From a bacterium (GTDB taxonomy: Bacteria > Eisenbacteria > RBG-16-71-46): a stretch of 13,045 bases of DNA. This document shows, in pieces, positions 8,845 through 13,045 of this stretch (positions are counted from its first letter, which is position 1; the number at the start of each line of letters is the position of its first letter). The DNA lies in the NCBI GenBank assembly GCA_043779265.1, contig JAYWEM010000036.1, positions 1 to 13,045 of the forward strand, written 5' to 3'. The position numbers were made by a program, and so were the translations under genes. Below the pieces are notes generated by a model. It saw only the letters and a list, made by a program, of their open reading frames with translations, searched no databases and was not told where the DNA came from.

Positions 8845-8940
8845 GGCCCGGGCGCACGCTCGTCACGTGAACAGTCCCGCGTCGTTCTCCCATCGGGTGC
8901 ATCCAAAGCACAAGCCGCCCGAACCCTCGTGGAGAACCCG

Positions 8941-9717
8941 ATGAAAATGCGCCCCCTGGCTCACGATAACGGCTCACCGCATGACGAACCGCACGTGCAG
9001 ATGGTCTCCGTCGCCGAGCTCCCGACGCAATTCGGGCAGTTCCGTGCCGTCGCGTTCACTCCTGATGAACGAGGCGATGAGCACATCGCCATCGTCCGAG
9101 GCCAGGTGCGCGACCAGAAGGACGTGCCCATCCGCATCCACTCGGAGTGCCTGACCGGGGATGTCCTCGGATCGCTTCGGTGTGACTGTCGCGAGCAACT
9201 CATGGGCTCGCTCGAGATGTTGGGCGGCATGCCGATGGGTGTGCTGCTCTATCTCAGGCAAGAGGGCCGCGGCATCGGGCTGACCAACAAGATCCGCGCC
9301 TACGCACTGCAGGACAGTGGGCACGACACCGTCGAGGCCAACCACCTGCTGGGGTTCGGCGATGACGAGCGCAACTACCGAGTGGCGGCCGAGATGCTGC
9401 AGGCGCTCGGAGCCACGAGCGTGCGCCTGTTGACCAACAATCCGCGCAAACTCGATGGCCTGCGCGAGCACGGCATCCGAGTCGTCGGACGGATCCCGCT
9501 CGTCATCTCACCGACGCGGCACAACGCTGGCTATCTGCTCACCAAGCAGAAGCGCTCCGGGCACTGGCTCAATATGGTCGAGCGACCAGCGAATCACGAG
9601 CCGACGAAGAACGAAGCCAAGGAGACGAGCCTCGCGCCAGCGGAGGCAGGCGGTTCGGGCCGCGTGGTCACTGCCGTCCTTCCTCCCAAGCTAAGAGGGC
9701 GGAAACGGCACGCCTGA
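8941..9717 (+). CDS. ribA: GTP cyclohydrolase II (monofunctional)
   Basis: LPTQFGQF, RIHSECLTGDVLGSLRCDC (Zn-binding Cys), YLRQEGRGIGL, LLTNNPRK, YLLTK..RSGH. GGAGA RBS before ATG 8941. Confidence 0.94.
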   Translation: MKMRPLAHDNGSPHDEPHVQMVSVAELPTQFGQFRAVAFTPDERGDEHIAIVRGQVRDQKDVPIRIHSECLTGDVLGSLRCDCREQLMGSLEMLGGMPMGVLLYLRQEGRGIGLTNKIRAYALQDSGHDTVEANHLLGFGDDERNYRVAAEMLQALGATSVRLLTNNPRKLDGLREHGIRVVGRIPLVISPTRHNAGYLLTKQKRSGHWLNMVERPANHEPTKNEAKETSLAPAEAGGSGRVVTAVLPPKLRGRKRHA

Positions 9718-9723
9718 GAAGTT

Positions 9724-9779
9724 CGCCGGCCATGACGCGCGAGAAGCGTGTGCACAGATGGTGTGCGCCATGGCCGGCG
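9724..9779. repeat. GC-rich inverted repeat / hairpin A
   Basis: CGCCGGCCATG (9724-9734) pairs with CATGGCCGGCG (9769-9779); the stem extends inward with a G-U pair on the minus strand. Confidence 0.75.
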
Positions 9780-9828
9780 TGAAGTTCGCGGTCCGTGCGG
9801 ACGACTCACCCCCGAGGAGAGCGGGCGC

Positions 9829-9878
9829 GAGTGCCACACAGCGGACCGCGATAGCGTCCGGACCGCTGCGTGGCACTC
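9829..9878. repeat. Long imperfect inverted repeat / hairpin B starting at the TnpA-like stop codon
   Basis: GAGTGCCAC-A-CAGCGG-A-CCG ... CGG-A-CCGCTG-C-GTGGCACTC. The A/C mismatch becomes G-U on the minus strand. Confidence 0.75.
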
Positions 9879-10353
9879 AACTGGCTGCTGCCCACGCCTC
9901 GGAGTGCATGGGGTCGCTCGGGTTCCGATGGGTGTGGGCCAGACGCGCGCGCGTCTTCTCGAGTCGGAGCGGACTGACGGTCTCGACCGCATAGCGCTCG
10001 TCCCACAACAGATTGCCTCGCATCCAGACACGCAGCTCGGGGTGATCGAGCATGAGCGTCATCGTCGTGCGGCCCTTCATCTCGCGCACCGCACTCGCGA
10101 TGCTCTGAGTGGGGCGAAGCGCCATCAGCACATGGACGTGGTCGTGACCCGAGACCACCTCGATCAGTTCGTAGCCGCGGTCCTCGCACGCCTGCTCGAT
10201 CAACCGATGCAGCGACTCGAGATGGCGCTCCTTCAGGACGGGCCGACGGCCCCGCGTGCTCCAGGTGACGAGGTAGTGAAGCTGACTACGGTAGACGGGC
10301 TCCCAACGATCCATCAGTGCGTCCTTCACCTGCGGCGCCAGATCGAGTTCCAC
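9877..10353 (-). CDS. tnpA: IS200/IS605-family Y1 (HUH) transposase-like protein lacking the catalytic Tyr
   Basis: LHYLVTWSTRGRRPVL, HUH motif DHVHV (H72/H74), ..EMKGRTT.., HPEL, LLWDERYAVETVS all match TnpA. The helix that normally carries YxxxQ reads LEKTRARLAHT. AGGAGG RBS 7 nt upstream of GTG 10353. Confidence 0.85.
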   Translation of the reverse strand: MELDLAPQVKDALMDRWEPVYRSQLHYLVTWSTRGRRPVLKERHLESLHRLIEQACEDRGYELIEVVSGHDHVHVLMALRPTQSIASAVREMKGRTTMTLMLDHPELRVWMRGNLLWDERYAVETVSPLRLEKTRARLAHTHRNPSDPMHSEAWAAAS

Positions 10354-10379
10354 GGTGCCACCTCCTGCGGGGATTTCGG

Positions 10380-10393
10380 TGAACAGATGTGCA
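10380..10393. promoter_or_regulatory. Putative LexA (SOS) box upstream of the TnpA-like gene
   Basis: TGAAC-AGAT-GTGCA (minus strand TGCAC-ATCT-GTTCA), one mismatch from the palindrome in the lexA promoter, with the same ACTGCACA flank. Confidence 0.65.
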
Positions 10394-10403
10394 GTGCGGG
10401 GGT

Positions 10404-10437
10404 GAGAAGAACGGGAGCGAGTGCGACTCGCTCCCGT
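10404..10437 (-). terminator. Perfect 12-bp hairpin after lexA; probable intrinsic terminator or attenuator
   Basis: ACGGGAGCGAGT-GCG-ACTCGCTCCCGT (10411-10437), followed on the minus strand by a weak pyrimidine tail TCTTCTC. Confidence 0.55.
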
Positions 10438-10451
10438 CGGGGGATCGTGGG

Positions 10452-11051
10452 TCAGCGGATCGTGCGCATGACGCCTCGCACCACACCCAGGATGTGGAAC
10501 GATTGCTCTGCACTGACGACGATCGGCTGGTACTTGGTATTGGCTGCGACGAGTTCGATGCGTCCGCGCTTCGGCTGGTAGTACTTGACCGTCGCCTCTT
10601 CCTCGAGCAGAGCCACGACGATGTCACCGGCGCTCGCCTCGGAACGCTTCTGGACCACGACGTAGTCGCCTTCGAGGATGCCCGCATCGATCATCGAATC
10701 GCCACGGACCTGGAGTGCGAAGAGGTCGCGCGTCTCGCCGAACAGTCCATCGAGCTCGAGCGAGCCCGAGAAGCTCTCCTCGGCGGTGATCGGCTGGCCT
10801 GCGGCGACGCGACCGAGGATCGGGATGCCGATCGCGGCGTTGTCGCGCCGGGTCGAGGCGATCCCTCGCGAGACGCCGCGCTTGATGCTGATCATCCCGG
10901 CTTTCTCGAGCATGTCGGTGTAGTAGCGGACGCCGTTGGTCGAGGTGATCTGGAACGCGACCCCGATCTCACGGATCGTCGGGGCCGATCCGCGCTCACG
11001 CCGGAACTTCTGGATGAAGCTGTGGATGTCTCGGGCTCTCTGATTGAGCAT
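10452..11051 (-). CDS. lexA: SOS repressor LexA
   Basis: wHTH APTIREIG...STNGV, cleavage site GRVAAG, catalytic Ser (GDSM) and Lys (ATVK). ATG at 11051 with GAGG/AGGA upstream; 199 aa. Confidence 0.96.
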   Translation of the reverse strand: MLNQRARDIHSFIQKFRRERGSAPTIREIGVAFQITSTNGVRYYTDMLEKAGMISIKRGVSRGIASTRRDNAAIGIPILGRVAAGQPITAEESFSGSLELDGLFGETRDLFALQVRGDSMIDAGILEGDYVVVQKRSEASAGDIVVALLEEEATVKYYQPKRGRIELVAANTKYQPIVVSAEQSFHILGVVRGVMRTIR

Positions 11052-11106
11052 GTCGTCCTGACCTCGTCGGAGAACTGGTCCGCGGCGCGGACCCGGCACG
11101 TCCGGC

Positions 11107-11136
11107 ACCGTAGTGCACGCTTGTGCAGTCCGTCAA
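11107..11136 (-). promoter_or_regulatory. lexA sigma70 promoter
   Basis: Minus strand TTGACG (11136-11131), 18-bp spacer, TACGGT (11112-11107). Confidence 0.65.
11114..11127. promoter_or_regulatory. LexA operator (SOS box) TGCAC-N4-GTGCA in the promoter spacer
   Basis: Perfect palindrome TGCAC-GCTT-GTGCA between the -35 and -10 elements of lexA. Fits the Fibrobacter-type box TGCNC-N4-GTGCA. Confidence 0.8.
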
Positions 11137-11434
11137 GAGGTTTTCCCGTGGGCCGGATCAGGCTCCGATCGGGCTTCGCCTGAAGCTCGTCGAAGGACCG
11201 CCGTCAGCGACCGGGAGCGGACGCCGAGTGGGAGGCGGCGCTGTTGCGGCACAAGGCTCGGGCGCAGCCACGGCCCATGGCATCACGATTGCTTTGGACC
11301 AAGGCGAGGCCGGAAGGCCTCGACCACGACGACGAGCAGCGGCACGTGTACCGGAGCTCGGAGGTTCGTCATCGGGGGCCGATCGTCCGAGAACGGTCGC
11401 CGCCGACTGCTCGTCGAAGTGGGAAATCGCAGGC

Positions 11435-13045
11435 TCAGCGCCAGTCGAACGTGAATCCCGCTGAGAAGTTCCTGGGAAGGCCCGCCTCGAAGTAGCGGCT
11501 GCTCACGCCATTGATGAACACGGATGACACATGGTCCTTGTCGAGCAGGTTGTCGCCCGAGACGAACGCCCGGACCGATCGGCCCGCCCACTCGCCGCGC
11601 CAATCGAGGCCCGAGCCCAGCACGCCGTAACGAAGGGTGCGCGCCGAGTTCGCATCATCGGCGAAGTAATCGGTCGCTCCCTCGAGGCTCGCCCGGATCG
11701 AGAACCCGCCGCCGACACGCACGTTCCCCGTGGTCGAGAAGAAGACGCCGGGGAGCCCGGGAACGCGCTTGCCCGCGAAGTCGCCCAGTTCGTTTCGGTA
11801 CTCGACGTACTCGTTCTCCGACACAGTCGTCGCGCCGCGCAGCGTCACCGAGTTGGTCGGCGTCCAGTCGAGGGCCAGTTCGAGCCCGCGTCGCCGCGAT
11901 TCGCCCGCCGTGAAGAAGTACGCGCCGCCATTGAACGGCACCACCTCATTGGCGACATCGATCCAGTAGAGCGCGGCGTCGTAGCGCAATCCACCGGCGC
12001 GCGTCTCGGCGCTGCCACGGATGCCGACCTCATAGGTCGTCGAGGTCATGGCATCGAGGAACGGATTGAGCCCAGTCGAGGTGTCGAACGGGGCGGGTGG
12101 GTCGATCTCATTGAACGCCGGCACCTCGACGCCACCGCCGAGCGCCGCGAACAGCGTGAAGTCCCCGCCGCGCCACGACAGCGCCGCCTTGGGCGTCAGC
12201 TGCGTGAACCGCTTGGCGTCATCGAGACGAGGAGTGATGCGGTTCTCGCTCAGGTACCAAAGGTTGTCATAGCGCACGCCCACCTGCGCACTCCACCGCT
12301 CGTCCAGGTCGATCTGCTGCTGGACGAACGCGCCCGCGCTGTTGGCTCCTTCACGCTTGTTCGCGACCACGGTCGTGCCGCGCACGCCCCCCGGAGCCAC
12401 GTTGTAGAAGAGGATCGCCCCGTCCTGCAGTGCCTCGTCGGCCCCGGCGCTCAATTGGCCGGTCATGCCGTTGCCGAGGGCCTGCTTCCACGACCACAGC
12501 GCGCTGCCGCCGACATGGAACCGCGTGAAGTCGCGGAATCGATTGCGCTCCGAGCGCTGGAGCACCTTGGGCTCGACGAATGCCGTGAGCGAGAGTTGCT
12601 GGGACGAGGTGAGTGCCTGCTCGAGTGACGCCGCCAGTCGTCCGATTCGGTTCAGCCGGCGTTCATCGCGTGTCACATAGATGGGATTGGCGGCGCTCGG
12701 GTCGGCCGCCAGCTCCGAGGCGGTGAGCGCGCCGGGGAACCGGTTCAGATTGCTCACGGCATCCGCCAGCAGGAGCAGTCGGCTGTTCTCGGCCAGAGGC
12801 ACGGCGAATCGCGCGTGCACCGAGGTCGTGAAGCTCTCGCTGTGATCGCGCCAACCCTGGAACGTGCTGTTGGCCAGCGTCACCGTGCCACGTCCGGCAC
12901 CGCTTACGAAGCCGTAGGTCCCCTGCTCGCGATGGAACCCGAACGAGCCGACGCGTTGCTCGAAACGCAGGAACGGCTCATCGAACGCAAGCGTCGTTCG
13001 TAGCTGGATGACGCCGCCCGAGGCGTTGCCATAGAGAGCTGAGGC
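11435..13045 (-). CDS. TonB-dependent outer-membrane receptor (5' part outside the window)
   Basis: Frame is open to the window end and starts ASALYGNASGGVIQL (end-of-plug motif). Beta-barrel features VGVRYD, TPKAALSW, YEVG, GLEL, DNLLDK and the C-terminal PRNFSAGFTFDWR. Confidence 0.93.
   Translation of the reverse strand, partial: ASALYGNASGGVIQLRTTLAFDEPFLRFEQRVGSFGFHREQGTYGFVSGAGRGTVTLANSTFQGWRDHSESFTTSVHARFAVPLAENSRLLLLADAVSNLNRFPGALTASELAADPSAANPIYVTRDERRLNRIGRLAASLEQALTSSQQLSLTAFVEPKVLQRSERNRFRDFTRFHVGGSALWSWKQALGNGMTGQLSAGADEALQDGAILFYNVAPGGVRGTTVVANKREGANSAGAFVQQQIDLDERWSAQVGVRYDNLWYLSENRITPRLDDAKRFTQLTPKAALSWRGGDFTLFAALGGGVEVPAFNEIDPPAPFDTSTGLNPFLDAMTSTTYEVGIRGSAETRAGGLRYDAALYWIDVANEVVPFNGGAYFFTAGESRRRGLELALDWTPTNSVTLRGATTVSENEYVEYRNELGDFAGKRVPGLPGVFFSTTGNVRVGGGFSIRASLEGATDYFADDANSARTLRYGVLGSGLDWRGEWAGRSVRAFVSGDNLLDKDHVSSVFINGVSSRYFEAGLPRNFSAGFTFDWR

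Noticed and set aside
8859..8874. parS-like CTCGTCACGTGAACAG upstream of ribA
   Set aside because: Only the TCACGTGA core plus a partial right arm match; the left arm and spacing do not fit parS.
8845..8940. FMN riboswitch upstream of ribA
   Set aside because: The intergenic region is under 100 nt and lacks the conserved RFN motifs (AGGGCGGGGTGAAATTCCC-like).
9718..9789. Mini-CRISPR from the repeated GAAGTTCGC
   Set aside because: Only two 9-bp copies, far shorter than a CRISPR repeat, and no cas genes.
9718..10437. Active IS200/IS605 element or REP/RAYT (REPIN) locus
   Set aside because: No catalytic Tyr, no tnpB, the flanking hairpins are not copies of each other, and there are no repeated GTAG/GGAG-tagged REP units in the window.
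11052..11108. Longer LexA start at 11108
   Set aside because: It falls within the predicted -10 element; ATG 11051 has an RBS and gives the canonical ~200-aa LexA.

Overview
GC-rich bacterial chromosomal window from the origin-proximal region. Plus strand: mnmE (5'-truncated), mnmG, rsmG, parA, parB (two near-consensus parS sites), a bactofilin, a double aspartyl-protease/PDZ protein, an EamA transporter and ribA. Minus strand: the 3' part of a TonB-dependent receptor, lexA, and an IS200/IS605 TnpA (Y1/HUH)-like gene. The most notable locus is 9718-11136. There, lexA has a TGCAC-N4-GTGCA operator inside its promoter, and a second near-identical box sits before the TnpA-like gene. That gene keeps its HUH motif but lacks the catalytic Tyr helix, has no tnpB, and is followed by ~160 nt of dense hairpins. 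This suggests a domesticated, SOS-controlled, cleavage-dead TnpA, possibly with an RNA or ssDNA partner (inference). Also seen: bases 1-108 are an unrelated minus-strand SDR fragment fused into mnmE (probable chimeric junction), and an antisense NTF2-like gene remnant lies between mnmG and rsmG.
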